From Candidatus Cloacimonadota bacterium (GTDB taxonomy: Bacteria; Cloacimonadota; Cloacimonadia; Cloacimonadales; GCA-2742885): DNA of 64,000 bases. A program made the position numbers and the translations under genes. Within the stretch, counting starts at the first letter, position 1; each line of letters starts with the position of its first letter. The notes under the pieces are model-generated. The model had not been told where the DNA came from and did not search any database. It was given only the letters and a program-made list of their open reading frames with translations. The stretch spans positions 1,211 to 65,210 of the forward strand of contig PDOO01000035.1 in assembly GCA_002742885.1 (NCBI GenBank), given 5' to 3'. Shown here piece by piece: positions 48,635 through 58,399 of this stretch.

Positions 48635-48947
48635 GGGAGTCCCGTAAGTAAAATAATTTAATTATCATGACTGCATTATTTTTATAATATAATCAATTTC
48701 TCTTTTTCATTTCCCTAATGAGGAGAAGACACGATTTACTGCCGGGAGTTTTTTTGGAACAGTATTAACAAACTCCTTATTTAATTCTTTTGCACAGGAA
48801 AAATATCTTAATTGCAGAATCAAATACTGTAAAAAAATAAATATTTGACAAATTCTTTTATTTTTTTCATTTTTATGCTTTATTAAAACTTTTGTAAACA
48901 AAAGTTACATGTAAATAATGTAACAAAAAAAAACAAAGGAGAATACC

Positions 48948-51302
48948 ATGAAAAAAATACTTTGTATTTCATTATTTATTTTAACGGCAGTCATGTCTTT
49001 CGCTCAAGAAACGTTCATTCTGAAAAGCAACCCCTACATGGAGTTTAGCACATCTAATACCAAGCAACCTGCTTTTGCCGATTTAGACAATGACGGACGG
49101 CTTGATATGATTGTTAGAAACAATAACAAATTCAGTCATTACGAACAAACCGAAATAAATTCGGAAGAATTTGTTTTGATAAGCTCTAACTTTAACGATA
49201 TACCGGTAGGTTATCCGGTTTTTACGGATTTGGACAATGACGGATTGCTCGACCTTGTTATAGGTCTTTATGCGAGCGGCTTAAAACATTACAAACAATC
49301 AGGGAGTAACTCTTTGATTTTTGAAGAAGTAGAGAACTCTTTCCCCGGCATTGACGAGTTAGGAAACAAACCTACTTTTACAGATATTGACGGGAACGGA
49401 CGGCTTGATTTGGTTTTAGGAGCCGTCTCGGGAACACTTTATCGCTATGAACAGGAAAGCCCAAATTCCACTGTTTTTACGGAAAAAGAAAACGATCCTT
49501 TAAGCAATATTAATGTCGTCAATAATTCAAGTCCTGCTTTTACCGATTTGGACAATGACGGACGACTTGATTTATTTATTGTAAACGGTTCCGGAAAAAT
49601 CTATCATTACGAACAAGCCGGCATAAATTCAGAAAACTTTGACCTTGTAACGGATAATTTCAACAATATAGGAACGGGGCTTTACGGTAATACATCTTTT
49701 GCGGATCTGGACAATGATAAATTGCTTGATTTGATTATAGGACGTTGGGGAACCAATCTGATGCATTACGAACAAACAAGCAGTAACCCGAGCTCGGAAG
49801 AAAAAGAATTAATCTTTACGGAAATAACAAGCAACGGCGCCTCTTCATATTTGGAATTATACAACAACTCGGATAAATTGTTGGATCTTCAGAATATAAA
49901 AATCAGATATTTTAACGACGCTTCGTCCGAATTTTCCGAAACAACATTATCGGGCAACATAAGAAGTCGCGAATACTGCCTGATTGCTCAAAACAAAGAT
50001 GATTTTGAGACAACTTATGAAGATAAAAAAGCTGATGCCGAATTTGCGGAAATGTTGTTGGACGGCGGGCAAGATGCAATCGCCTTGGTTTACAACGGTA
50101 ATGTTATAGACAGATTTAACGCAGAAGGATCAGACGCAAACTTTTGGAACAACGGAGATCATTTCGAAAGAGTTGATTTCTTAACTTCCGGCGAATTTTT
50201 GATAAACGATTGGGAAAATTACGATGCGGAAGATTCTCCCGGAGAAATTAATGAAGCGGACACAAGAACAGTAAACGGTATATCGCCGAACACCGATATA
50301 CAAATCGGTAAAAACGGAAACGGCAGTATAGCCGTTCTTCTGAATATGGGCTCATCACATATAACCGGAAATATGACCGTTAAAGTCAGGAGAGGCAGAA
50401 ATGTTCCGAATCCGGGAAACGAAACATTTATAAAAAGATATGTTGAAATTGAAGGTAACTATAAACCCGTAAACGGTTCTGTAACAATTAAGTATAAAGA
50501 TTCGGAATTAAACGGTTTGGACGAAAATGAATTAGCTGTTTTCGGTTATCAAAACGGAGAATGGACGGAAATAAATACTGTCCAAAGAAACAAAAATCAA
50601 AATTGGGTAAAAGCAACCGAAATAGACGATTATCTTATATTCTCGTTAGGAAGAGGCGAAGAAACTTTGCCGGTAGAATTTTCAAGTTTTAACCTTATTC
50701 AGTCCGAAGAAGATGTTTTGGTAAAATGGGTTACCCAAACCGAAAGCGATCTCAGAGGATTCTATGTCCTCAAAAGCGAAACGGAAGATTTGGCATCCGC
50801 AAGACGTTTTTCGGATTTGATTCCGGCTTCAAACACAGTCTCCGCTCATGAATACGTCTGCGAAGACAAAGAAGTCATGCCGAACAAGACTTATTGGTAT
50901 TGGATAGAAGCTTTATCTTTAAGCGATAATTCTTCGGTTACTGCTTCGCAGTCCATTATGCTCGGAGAATCAAACGATCCCGAAGAGGAAGTTCCCGAAT
51001 TTGAATACAAAACAGGACTTACCGATATTTATCCCAATCCTTTCAATCCGCCCGTAAATATTTCTTTCTTTATGGATGAAGAAACGATTGACCAAAACGT
51101 AAATGCAGAAATAATGATTTATAACGTAAAAGGTCAGGAAGTTCACAGAAGAGATTTAGGCGCAAAATCAGCTCCCGGCATCTACACGATCAGCTGGAAC
51201 GGAAACGATAAAGAAGGAAAAGAATGCGGAAGCGGAATTTACTTCGTGAAATTCAAAGCAGGTTCGAGCAGGTCTTTTAAAAAATCAATTAAGTTGAAAT
51301 AA
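48948..51302 (+). CDS. Secreted FG-GAP/VCBS-repeat protein with a lamin-tail-like domain and a T9SS C-terminal sorting domain
   Basis: Signal peptide. Five F(T/A)D(L/I)D(N/G)(D/N)G(R/L)LD repeats. LTD-like block LIFTEITSNGASSYLELYNNSDKLLDLQNIKI...DAIALVYNGNVIDRF. CTD: YPNPFNP...IMIYNVKGQEV...SGIYFVKF...IKLK. Confidence 0.8.
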   Translation: MKKILCISLFILTAVMSFAQETFILKSNPYMEFSTSNTKQPAFADLDNDGRLDMIVRNNNKFSHYEQTEINSEEFVLISSNFNDIPVGYPVFTDLDNDGLLDLVIGLYASGLKHYKQSGSNSLIFEEVENSFPGIDELGNKPTFTDIDGNGRLDLVLGAVSGTLYRYEQESPNSTVFTEKENDPLSNINVVNNSSPAFTDLDNDGRLDLFIVNGSGKIYHYEQAGINSENFDLVTDNFNNIGTGLYGNTSFADLDNDKLLDLIIGRWGTNLMHYEQTSSNPSSEEKELIFTEITSNGASSYLELYNNSDKLLDLQNIKIRYFNDASSEFSETTLSGNIRSREYCLIAQNKDDFETTYEDKKADAEFAEMLLDGGQDAIALVYNGNVIDRFNAEGSDANFWNNGDHFERVDFLTSGEFLINDWENYDAEDSPGEINEADTRTVNGISPNTDIQIGKNGNGSIAVLLNMGSSHITGNMTVKVRRGRNVPNPGNETFIKRYVEIEGNYKPVNGSVTIKYKDSELNGLDENELAVFGYQNGEWTEINTVQRNKNQNWVKATEIDDYLIFSLGRGEETLPVEFSSFNLIQSEEDVLVKWVTQTESDLRGFYVLKSETEDLASARRFSDLIPASNTVSAHEYVCEDKEVMPNKTYWYWIEALSLSDNSSVTASQSIMLGESNDPEEEVPEFEYKTGLTDIYPNPFNPPVNISFFMDEETIDQNVNAEIMIYNVKGQEVHRRDLGAKSAPGIYTISWNGNDKEGKECGSGIYFVKFKAGSSRSFKKSIKLK
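49075..49740 (+). repeat. Five roughly 150-nt-spaced FG-GAP repeat units within the CDS
   Basis: A recurring DNA core, TTT(A/G)C(C/G)GAT(T/C)T(G/A)GACAATGA(C/T)GG, occurs near 49075, 49222, 49378, 49537 and 49698. Confidence 0.8.
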
Positions 51303-51318
51303 AAAGGATTCAAAATTT

Positions 51319-51348
51319 AAATCCCCGGATTTGTCGGGGATTTTTTTA
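51319..51348 (+). terminator. Rho-independent terminator
   Basis: AAATCCCCG (51319..51327) pairs with CGGGGATTT (51335..51343), then TTTTT. Confidence 0.85.
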
Positions 51349-51581
51349 TTGGCTGATAAGAAAAAAACATATTTTTTCAGAACAAATAAAATCCAAATTA
51401 TTCTCAAGGTTAATAAAATTTAAGAAAACATAAACACCTCTGATAAAAAATATTGCTGTTTATTATTTTTTTATTTGACAGTAATATATGATGTTTTTTT
51501 AATATTTATTTGTATATTTTCAGATGTACTTATTATAAAGGGATATCAGAAGTTTTAATTTAAAAACTGAAGGAGAGTATT

Positions 51582-52469
51582 ATGAAGATTAAAAGTTTAT
51601 TTCAACTGTCTCTAACATTACTTTTTTTAGTGATGTTAACATGTTCAAATGCCTCAGTTATATTTGAACAAGGTTTTGAAGAGGGAATATTTCCTCCGAC
51701 CGGTTGGATGGAAAAAGGAAGCGAGACTTTAACGGGAGAGCAATTTGATATTCCTGAGGAGGAAGATTTTTGGAACTCATGGGCTGATGCATCTCTTTGG
51801 GAAATACCGGCATATATACATACCGGATTTTCAGCTGCAGGAATAGGATACAACCCTGTATATAATTTTTTATGGTTAATATCTCCTGAATATCAACTAA
51901 ATTACGGAGAATCAGAACTTAGATACTGGATGTGGTATCAAAGTTCATTACCCTCTTATTTTACTAAGCTTCACATAGCGGTAAAAGAAGAAGGCTCAGA
52001 TGAATGGACATTAGTAAAAACAATCTGCTATGAAAAATCTGTTTGTCTTTACTATGTTGACGAGCAGGTTGCAGATTTAACTGAATTTAGCGGCAGAAAA
52101 ATAAAAATAGCCTTTGTATATGAAAATACAGGCGCTTATCAGCTCGCTCTTGATGATATATCTTTAGTGAGTGAAACAGTTGGCATCTCTGAACCCGATG
52201 AAATAGAAAAATTTTCACTGTCTCAAAATTACCCAAATCCTTTCAATCCTGCAACAACTATTAAGTTTTACAACAACATAAGCGGCAACGTAAAACTTAC
52301 TGTTTATAATATTAAAGGAGAAGTTGCATCTAAGCTTATTGACGATAATATGGATGCCGGTTATCAAACTGTTAATTTTGACGGTTCAACTCTGACTTCC
52401 GGGATTTACTTCTACAAACTTACTGCAGGCGGAGAATCGGTTACAAAGAAAATGATTCTTATTAAGTAG
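51582..52469 (+). CDS. Secreted protein with a T9SS C-terminal sorting domain; N-terminal choice-of-anchor-J/MAM-like domain (tentative)
   Basis: Signal peptide. FEQGFEEGIFPPTGW opening. CTD: YPNPFNPATTIKF...LTVYNIKGEV...SGIYFYKL...MILIK. AGGAGAG SD. Confidence 0.75.
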   Translation: MKIKSLFQLSLTLLFLVMLTCSNASVIFEQGFEEGIFPPTGWMEKGSETLTGEQFDIPEEEDFWNSWADASLWEIPAYIHTGFSAAGIGYNPVYNFLWLISPEYQLNYGESELRYWMWYQSSLPSYFTKLHIAVKEEGSDEWTLVKTICYEKSVCLYYVDEQVADLTEFSGRKIKIAFVYENTGAYQLALDDISLVSETVGISEPDEIEKFSLSQNYPNPFNPATTIKFYNNISGNVKLTVYNIKGEVASKLIDDNMDAGYQTVNFDGSTLTSGIYFYKLTAGGESVTKKMILIK

Positions 52470-52500
52470 AGTCTCCCGAAAAATATTCTATAAAATAATA

Positions 52501-52530
52501 AGGCTGTCCGAAAAGTGCAGCCTCTTTTTA
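52501..52530 (+). terminator. Rho-independent terminator
   Basis: AGGCTG (52501..52506) pairs with CAGCCT (52518..52523), followed by CTTTTTA. Confidence 0.65.
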
Positions 52531-52541
52531 TGCTGTCATTC

Positions 52542-53275
52542 TTAATAATTCAAAATTTTCGTTTTGATATTTATAGAAAAATATTTTTTTGATTCTTGTT
52601 CTTCATTATAGAATAAATTATGTACTGAGCAGCTATTATTTTTAAATTTCCTTTTTTGTTCTTTATGGAAATAATTATATTTTATATAAGCTTCTATCCC
52701 CTTACTTATTAAGCATTTCATAATTTTCTTCACTGCCATAGCCGGAGTCTGCAACTGTTTCTTTACTCTGTTTGCCATAATTATTTTCAAATTTATTTAT
52801 ATGAGATTCTAAGGTTGTCGTATCAGCCGGTTTTTGATGAACAGAAACATTGGTTATAAATTTATTTTCAGCAGATATTTGAACATTGTAAGCGGCTTTT
52901 AGTTGTCCATTTTTCATATGATCATCTTTCATACGCATAAAAGTTGCGTCTTTATCGGTTTTACGGTAAGAATTCCTATCTCCCGATATTTCTAAATCTT
53001 CCTCATATTTTTCAAGTTTTGGCAGATGTTCTTTTTGTAATTCGGCTAATTCTTTTGCTTGTTTTTTAGCGGGATATTTTATTTATTTCTGATAATTTAT
53101 CTTTAAGTTTCTTAAAATCAATTGATTTTGGTAATTCTTCTTTCGTTTTTTCGTTATTATCTGTTGCATACTCCTTTCTGTATCTGATAAAATATGTTTG
53201 ATTTTTGTTTCCGGTTTATTCTTTATATTTTTCAACCGAACCTCGCCAAACAAAAGTATGCTTGTTAGATTTTGC
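52542..53275 (-). pseudogene. IS1182-family transposase remnant, truncated at both ends and frame-shifted
   Basis: Across three frames: ...NKHTFVWRGSVEKYKE*; ...[57 protein letters not shown]...[16 protein letters not shown]; then ...KGIEAYIKYNYFHKEQKRKFKNN...NLFYNEEQ. These blocks match IS1182 transposases as I recall them. No start codon, no terminal inverted repeats, and the distal DDE part is missing. Confidence 0.7.
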
Positions 53276-53313
53276 CTCTATTTTTGCGCAAAAATAAATA
53301 TTTGATAAATATA

Positions 53314-53350
53314 AAAACAGGCTGTCCGGAAATCTTGGACAGCCTGTTTT
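53314..53350 (-). terminator. Strong rho-independent terminator immediately after rpsG
   Basis: ACAGGCTGTCC (53317..53327) pairs with GGACAGCCTGT (53337..53347). On the minus strand TTTTTAT follows. Confidence 0.85.
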
Positions 53351-53366
53351 ATTTAATAATATAAGT

Positions 53367-53837
53367 TTACCAGCGAAGGTGAGCAAATGCTTTATTTGCT
53401 TCAGCCATTTTATGGGTATCTTCCCTTTTTTTAATACTGGAACCTTCTTTATTGTAGGCAGCCAAAAGCTCGCCGGCAAGACATTCGTTCATGCTTTTTT
53501 CGCTTCTTTTTCTGGAGTAGCTGATAATCCAGCGGAAAGCCAAAGCCTGAGCTGATTTCGGAGTTACTTCGGTAGGAACCTGGTAATTTGAACCTCCGAC
53601 GCGACGAGAAACAACTTTGATAAGAGGTTTAACGTTTTCGATCGCTTCGTTAAAAACATCAATCGGATCTTTTCCGGTTTTTTTACCCAAAATCTCCAAA
53701 GCATCGTAAACTATAGTTTCGGCAATGGATTTTTTCCCGTGTAACATAATACAATTTATAAATTTTGAAAGGATCACGCTTTTGTACTTAGGATCCGGGA
53801 GAATATCCCTTTTTTGAGCTTTACGTCTTCTTGACAT
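53367..53837 (-). CDS. rpsG: 30S ribosomal protein S7
   Basis: [18 protein letters not shown]... and a C-terminal ...[14 protein letters not shown]. Confidence 0.97.
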   Translation of the reverse strand: MSRRRKAQKRDILPDPKYKSVILSKFINCIMLHGKKSIAETIVYDALEILGKKTGKDPIDVFNEAIENVKPLIKVVSRRVGGSNYQVPTEVTPKSAQALAFRWIISYSRKRSEKSMNECLAGELLAAYNKEGSSIKKREDTHKMAEANKAFAHLRW

Positions 53838-53848
53838 CTTTCCTCCCC

Positions 53849-54223
53849 TTACTTCTTAGGTCTTTTGGTTCCGTATTTGGAACGACTGTTTGTACGGTTT
53901 TCAACACCGCTGGTATCCAATGCGCCGCGAACAATATGATAGCGAACGCCGGGAAGGTCTTTTACGCGACCGCCGCGAATAAGCACAATTGAGTGTTCCT
54001 GAAGGTTATGACCTTCGCCCGGAATATAAGCAGTTACTTCTATACCGTTAGTCAAACGAACACGAGCAACTTTACGAAGAGCAGAGTTCGGTTTTTTCGG
54101 GGTTGTGGTGTAAACACGAGTACAAACACCGCGTCTTTGAGGACAAGCTTGCAAAGCTCTGTTTTTCTTTTTCTTTTTAATCTGTTTACGTCCCTTGCGG
54201 ACTAATTGGTTTATTGTAGGCAC
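53849..54223 (-). CDS. rpsL: 30S ribosomal protein S12
   Basis: [12 protein letters not shown]..., [16 protein letters not shown], and [13 protein letters not shown]. Confidence 0.97.
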   Translation of the reverse strand: MPTINQLVRKGRKQIKKKKKNRALQACPQRRGVCTRVYTTTPKKPNSALRKVARVRLTNGIEVTAYIPGEGHNLQEHSIVLIRGGRVKDLPGVRYHIVRGALDTSGVENRTNSRSKYGTKRPKK

Positions 54224-54239
54224 TTTTTCCTCCGTTAAA

Positions 54240-57200
54240 TTAGAAATCTAAGAGATCTTCCAATGATTCTTCCTGTTCAGAGTGAGCATACTCCGAAACT
54301 ATTTCTTTAACTGTCTTTCCTTTTGCGACAGCCTCTTTAAGAATCTGGTTATAATATTTCGTTCCCGTACCTACCGGGATTCTGTGACCGAGAATAATAC
54401 TCTCTTTTAAACCTTCAAGGCGGTCAATGCGTCCTTCTATGGCTGCTTGTGTCAAGACTTTTGTTGTCTCTTGGAAAGAAGCGGCTGAAAGCCAGCTGTC
54501 TGTAAGCAGCGAAGCCTTTGTTATACCAAGAAGAAGTTGTTCGAATGTGGCACCTTCGCCGCCTTCTTCCCGGATTCGGTTATTTTCTTCCAAAACATGA
54601 TTTTTATCTATTACTTCACCTTCAAGGAAGAAAGTATGTCCCGGATCCGCAATTCTTACCTTGTTAAGCATTTGTCTGATAATAACCCCAATGTGCTTAT
54701 CGGCAATCTTAACGCCTTGTTTACGGTAAACTTCCTGAACTTCTTCCAGAATCAATTGCTGAGCAGCTTTGATACCTTTTGCTTTCAAAATATCATGAGG
54801 ATCCAAAGAACCGTCTGATAAAGGATCACCGCTTTCAACAATATCTCCTTGATGCACGATAATACGTTTTCCCGGAGGAATCACGTATTTTTTCTGGACA
54901 CCGGTCGCTGAATCAACGTAAATAATACGTCCGTTTTTGGTATAATCACCGATGGAAACAGTTCCGCCGATGTCGGTAATAACAGCTTTTTCTTTCGGAA
55001 CTCTCGCTTCAAATAAATCCTGTACCCTGGGAAGACCGCCCGTAATATCGCTTTGTTTAGTTGTTACTCTCGAAGACTTGCCGATAATATCTCCGGCAAA
55101 AATATAATTTCCGTCTTCAATTTCAACATTCAAACCGGTCGGGAGCGGAACCTGTTCCGTCTTTCCGTCTTCCGAGGTAATGGTAAGCTGCGCCTGAAGT
55201 CTTCTGTCTTTGGATTCGATAATTGTAATTTCACGCATTCCGGTATAATCGTTAAATTCTTCTTTGTACGTGAGATCTTTAACAAAGTTATCAAATTTAA
55301 CCGTACCTGTAGCCGTAGAAATCAAAGGATTATTATAATGATCCCATGCGAAAAGTTTTGTGTCTTTTACGACTTTTTCGCCATCTTTCACAAATATGTT
55401 GGCTGCGTATTCAATTTTAAATTCTTCCAAGACATGTTCCTCGGTTTCATCCATCACTTTTATCCGTCCGAGGTGACTGACCGCAATGGTTTCTCCGAGT
55501 TTATTTTTTACGGCATTCATTTTTTCTATTCTGATGATACCGTCGAAGTTTGCAACAACTTCGGCAACATCAACATCGGTGCTTGCCGTTCCTCCGATGT
55601 GGAATGTACGCAAGGTAAGCTGTGTTCCCGGTTCACCGATACTTTGAGCTGCAATAACTCCTACCGGTTCGCCGACAGTAACAACTTTTCCCGTTGCAAG
55701 ATTTTTTCCGTAGCATTTAACGCAAATGCCTTTTTTGGCTTCGCAGGTCAATACCGAACGGATCTTAGCGCTGATAACTCCGTGCTGTTGAATCATATTG
55801 GCCATTTCAGGATCAATTCTTTCTCCCGAATGAACAATTATTTTTTCGGTTACCGGATCAATAATATCTTCGGCAGCCGTTCTTCCTTCAATACGTTCGG
55901 CAAGAGATTCAACTGTTTCCAAGCCTTCTTTAAGAGCACTGACTTCGATACCTTCGATAGTACCGCAATCTTCCATACATATAATGGCATTTTGAGCCAC
56001 ATCCACCAAACGACGGGTAAGATAACCGGCATCAGCGGTTTTCAAAGCAGTATCGGCAAGACCTTTACGAGCTCCGTGAGTGGAAATAAAGTATTCAAGA
56101 ATATCCAATCCTTCCTTAAAGTTAGACTTAATCGGCGTTTCAATAACTTCCGCAACTCCTGCGGAACCTTTCGTAGGCTTATCCATCAAGCCTCTCATTC
56201 CGCCAAGCTGTTTAATCTGGTCTTTACCGCCTCGAGCTCCGGAAATATACATCATATAAATGGAGTTAAATCCGCCTTGGTCATTCTTTAATTCATCGAC
56301 CAATACATCGGTAACGTCTTCCGTGGCAATTTTCCATTTATCGACAACACGGTTATAGCGTTCTGTTTCGGTAATAGCTCCCATACGGAAATTTTCTATA
56401 ATTTCATTCACTTCATTGGACGCTTTGTCCAAAATTTCTTTTTTTGAATCGGGAACAACAACATCGGCAAAGGAGAAAGTAACCCCGGCTTTGGTTGCAT
56501 ATTTGAAACCTATGTCCTTTAAATCGTCAAGGAACTCTGCGGTTCTTATCTGACCGACCGTTTCATAGCAAACCATGGCAATATCTTTCATTTTACCTTT
56601 GTCGAAAGCATAATTCTGGAACGGAATTTCTTCCGGCATTATTTGATTGAAAATTACACGTCCCAGCGTGGTTTTTACTTTTTTGCCGTCTATCGGGATA
56701 ATTACCCAAGAATGCAAATCAACCCGTTTTCCCGATTTTTCGAATCCTTTCTGGTTTTTAAAAGTTTCATCCTTCTCGTATGCCAAAACAGCTTCTTCAG
56801 GAGAGCTGAAATAATAAAAATCTTTCGGATCTTTCGGTTCTTCGGTTCTGGATACGGTAAGATAAAAACATCCCAAAACAATGTCCTGATTCGGTTCCAT
56901 TGCCAATTTACCGTTAGCCGGCAAAAGCAGGTTTCTGGATGCCAGAGCCAAAATACGAGCTTCCATTCTTGCTTCCTGGGACAAAGGAACATACACACCC
57001 ATTTGATCGCCGTCAAAGTCGGCATTAAAAGGTTTACAGACCAAAGGATGCAAAGAGATTGCTTTATTTTCCGTCAAAACCGGCAAAAATCCCTGAATAC
57101 CGAGTTTATGAAGAGTGGGCGCTCTGTTCAAAAGCACAGGATAATCTTCGATAACCTCTTCAAGAATTTTCCAGATTTGCGGTTGTTTCTTTTCTATTAA

Positions 57201-58388
57201 CTTTTTGGCAGCTTTCGTTTTTTCGGCATCACCGTCTCTTTCCAATCTTTCGATAATGAAAGGTTTAAACAGTTCAACCGCCATATCTTTCGGCAAACCT
57301 ACCTGATAAATCTTCAAGCTCGGACCCACCGTAATAACGGAACGCCCCGAATAATCAACGCGCTTACCCAAAAGATTCTGACGGAAACGTCCCTGCTTGC
57401 CTTTAAGCTGATCCGTTAAAGATTTTAATGCTCTTCCCCCCCGACCTTTTACAGGTCTTGTTTTACGGGAGTTATCGATAAGAGCATCGACCGCTTCCTG
57501 AAGCATTCGCTTCTCGTTTCTGAGGATAACCTCGGGAGCTCTGATATCTATCAATTGTTTAAGACGATTATTTCTGGTTACGACGCGACGATAAAGATCA
57601 TTAAAATCGGCTGTGGCAAAACGTCCTCCGTCCAAAGGAACCAAAGGTCTCAAAGTAGGCGGCAAAACAGGTAAAACTTCCATAATCATCCATGAAGGCT
57701 TAGTTCCTGATTTTCTGAAAGCATCAACAACTTTGAGCTTCTTTATGGCTTTTTGCTTTTTCATTACGGAAGTTTCAAGCTTGATCATGGTTCTGAGGTT
57801 CATTGCCTCGGATTCCAGATCAATTTCGTCGAGAAGAATTTTGATTGCTTCCGCCCCCATTAATGCTTTGAAATCTTCGCCGACTTTATCTCTTATCTCA
57901 TAATATTCATCGGTATCGATAAGATCTTTCTTTTCATAATTGGTATCGCCGGGATCCAAAACGATATAAGATTCGTAATAGAGAACTCGTTCAAGTTTTT
58001 TGATGGTCAAATCAAGCAAAGTACCGATCTTGCTCGGAGCCGTTTTGACAAACCAAATATGAGCAATGGGAACAGCAAGTTCTATGTGTCCCATTCTTGA
58101 TCGACGCACTCTTGACGTGGTAACTTCTACCCCGCAACGATCACAAACGGTATTGGCAAATCTTTTTTTCTTATATTTGCCGCAACTGCATTCATAATCC
58201 TTTTCAGGACCAAATATTCTTTCGCAAAACAACCCGTCTTTTTCCGGTTTTAAAGTTCTGTAATTTAATGTATCAGGTTTGGTTACTTCACCGTAAGACC
58301 AATCGCGCATTTGTTCGGGAGACGCAATGTTTATTCTGACATTATCGTAATTGTCTATTTTCTTTTCGCGTTTTATTTCTCGTATCAC
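54240..58388 (-). CDS. rpoC: DNA-directed RNA polymerase subunit beta'
   Basis: 1382 aa. Zn finger CSCGKY...CDRCGV, catalytic [12 protein letters not shown] start. The gap to rpsL is 16 nt. Confidence 0.97.
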   Translation of the reverse strand: MIREIKREKKIDNYDNVRINIASPEQMRDWSYGEVTKPDTLNYRTLKPEKDGLFCERIFGPEKDYECSCGKYKKKRFANTVCDRCGVEVTTSRVRRSRMGHIELAVPIAHIWFVKTAPSKIGTLLDLTIKKLERVLYYESYIVLDPGDTNYEKKDLIDTDEYYEIRDKVGEDFKALMGAEAIKILLDEIDLESEAMNLRTMIKLETSVMKKQKAIKKLKVVDAFRKSGTKPSWMIMEVLPVLPPTLRPLVPLDGGRFATADFNDLYRRVVTRNNRLKQLIDIRAPEVILRNEKRMLQEAVDALIDNSRKTRPVKGRGGRALKSLTDQLKGKQGRFRQNLLGKRVDYSGRSVITVGPSLKIYQVGLPKDMAVELFKPFIIERLERDGDAEKTKAAKKLIEKKQPQIWKILEEVIEDYPVLLNRAPTLHKLGIQGFLPVLTENKAISLHPLVCKPFNADFDGDQMGVYVPLSQEARMEARILALASRNLLLPANGKLAMEPNQDIVLGCFYLTVSRTEEPKDPKDFYYFSSPEEAVLAYEKDETFKNQKGFEKSGKRVDLHSWVIIPIDGKKVKTTLGRVIFNQIMPEEIPFQNYAFDKGKMKDIAMVCYETVGQIRTAEFLDDLKDIGFKYATKAGVTFSFADVVVPDSKKEILDKASNEVNEIIENFRMGAITETERYNRVVDKWKIATEDVTDVLVDELKNDQGGFNSIYMMYISGARGGKDQIKQLGGMRGLMDKPTKGSAGVAEVIETPIKSNFKEGLDILEYFISTHGARKGLADTALKTADAGYLTRRLVDVAQNAIICMEDCGTIEGIEVSALKEGLETVESLAERIEGRTAAEDIIDPVTEKIIVHSGERIDPEMANMIQQHGVISAKIRSVLTCEAKKGICVKCYGKNLATGKVVTVGEPVGVIAAQSIGEPGTQLTLRTFHIGGTASTDVDVAEVVANFDGIIRIEKMNAVKNKLGETIAVSHLGRIKVMDETEEHVLEEFKIEYAANIFVKDGEKVVKDTKLFAWDHYNNPLISTATGTVKFDNFVKDLTYKEEFNDYTGMREITIIESKDRRLQAQLTITSEDGKTEQVPLPTGLNVEIEDGNYIFAGDIIGKSSRVTTKQSDITGGLPRVQDLFEARVPKEKAVITDIGGTVSIGDYTKNGRIIYVDSATGVQKKYVIPPGKRIIVHQGDIVESGDPLSDGSLDPHDILKAKGIKAAQQLILEEVQEVYRKQGVKIADKHIGVIIRQMLNKVRIADPGHTFFLEGEVIDKNHVLEENNRIREEGGEGATFEQLLLGITKASLLTDSWLSAASFQETTKVLTQAAIEGRIDRLEGLKESIILGHRIPVGTGTKYYNQILKEAVAKGKTVKEIVSEYAHSEQEESLEDLLDF

Positions 58389-58399
58389 GTCGGCACCTC

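Noticed and set aside
51582-53300. Suspicion that the last cargo gene plus the IS relic form a compositionally foreign (horizontally acquired) island
   Set aside because: By eye, CpG and codon style are only marginally different from neighbouring genes. I could not support the idea without computing k-mer or codon statistics.
53216-53479. 87-aa ORF spanning the rpsG 3' end, the terminator hairpin and the IS relic
   Set aside because: It reads through a strong terminator and overlaps rpsG. Only its last roughly 20 codons (..KSNKHTFVWRGSVEKYKE) carry meaning, as part of the transposase remnant.
54548-54563. TGGCAC-N..-GC sigma-54-like match
   Set aside because: It lies inside rpoC on the antisense strand. 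The -12 element is CCGCC rather than TTGCW, and no gene lies downstream.
55053-56291. 412-aa ORF antisense to rpoC. Similar antisense ORFs occur at 56643..57200, 3743..4333, 28805..29299, 36492..36890 and 42800..43225.
   Set aside because: All lie inside strongly supported genes on the other strand. Their composition is skewed toward F, R and S, as expected for antisense frames. None has a recognisable domain.
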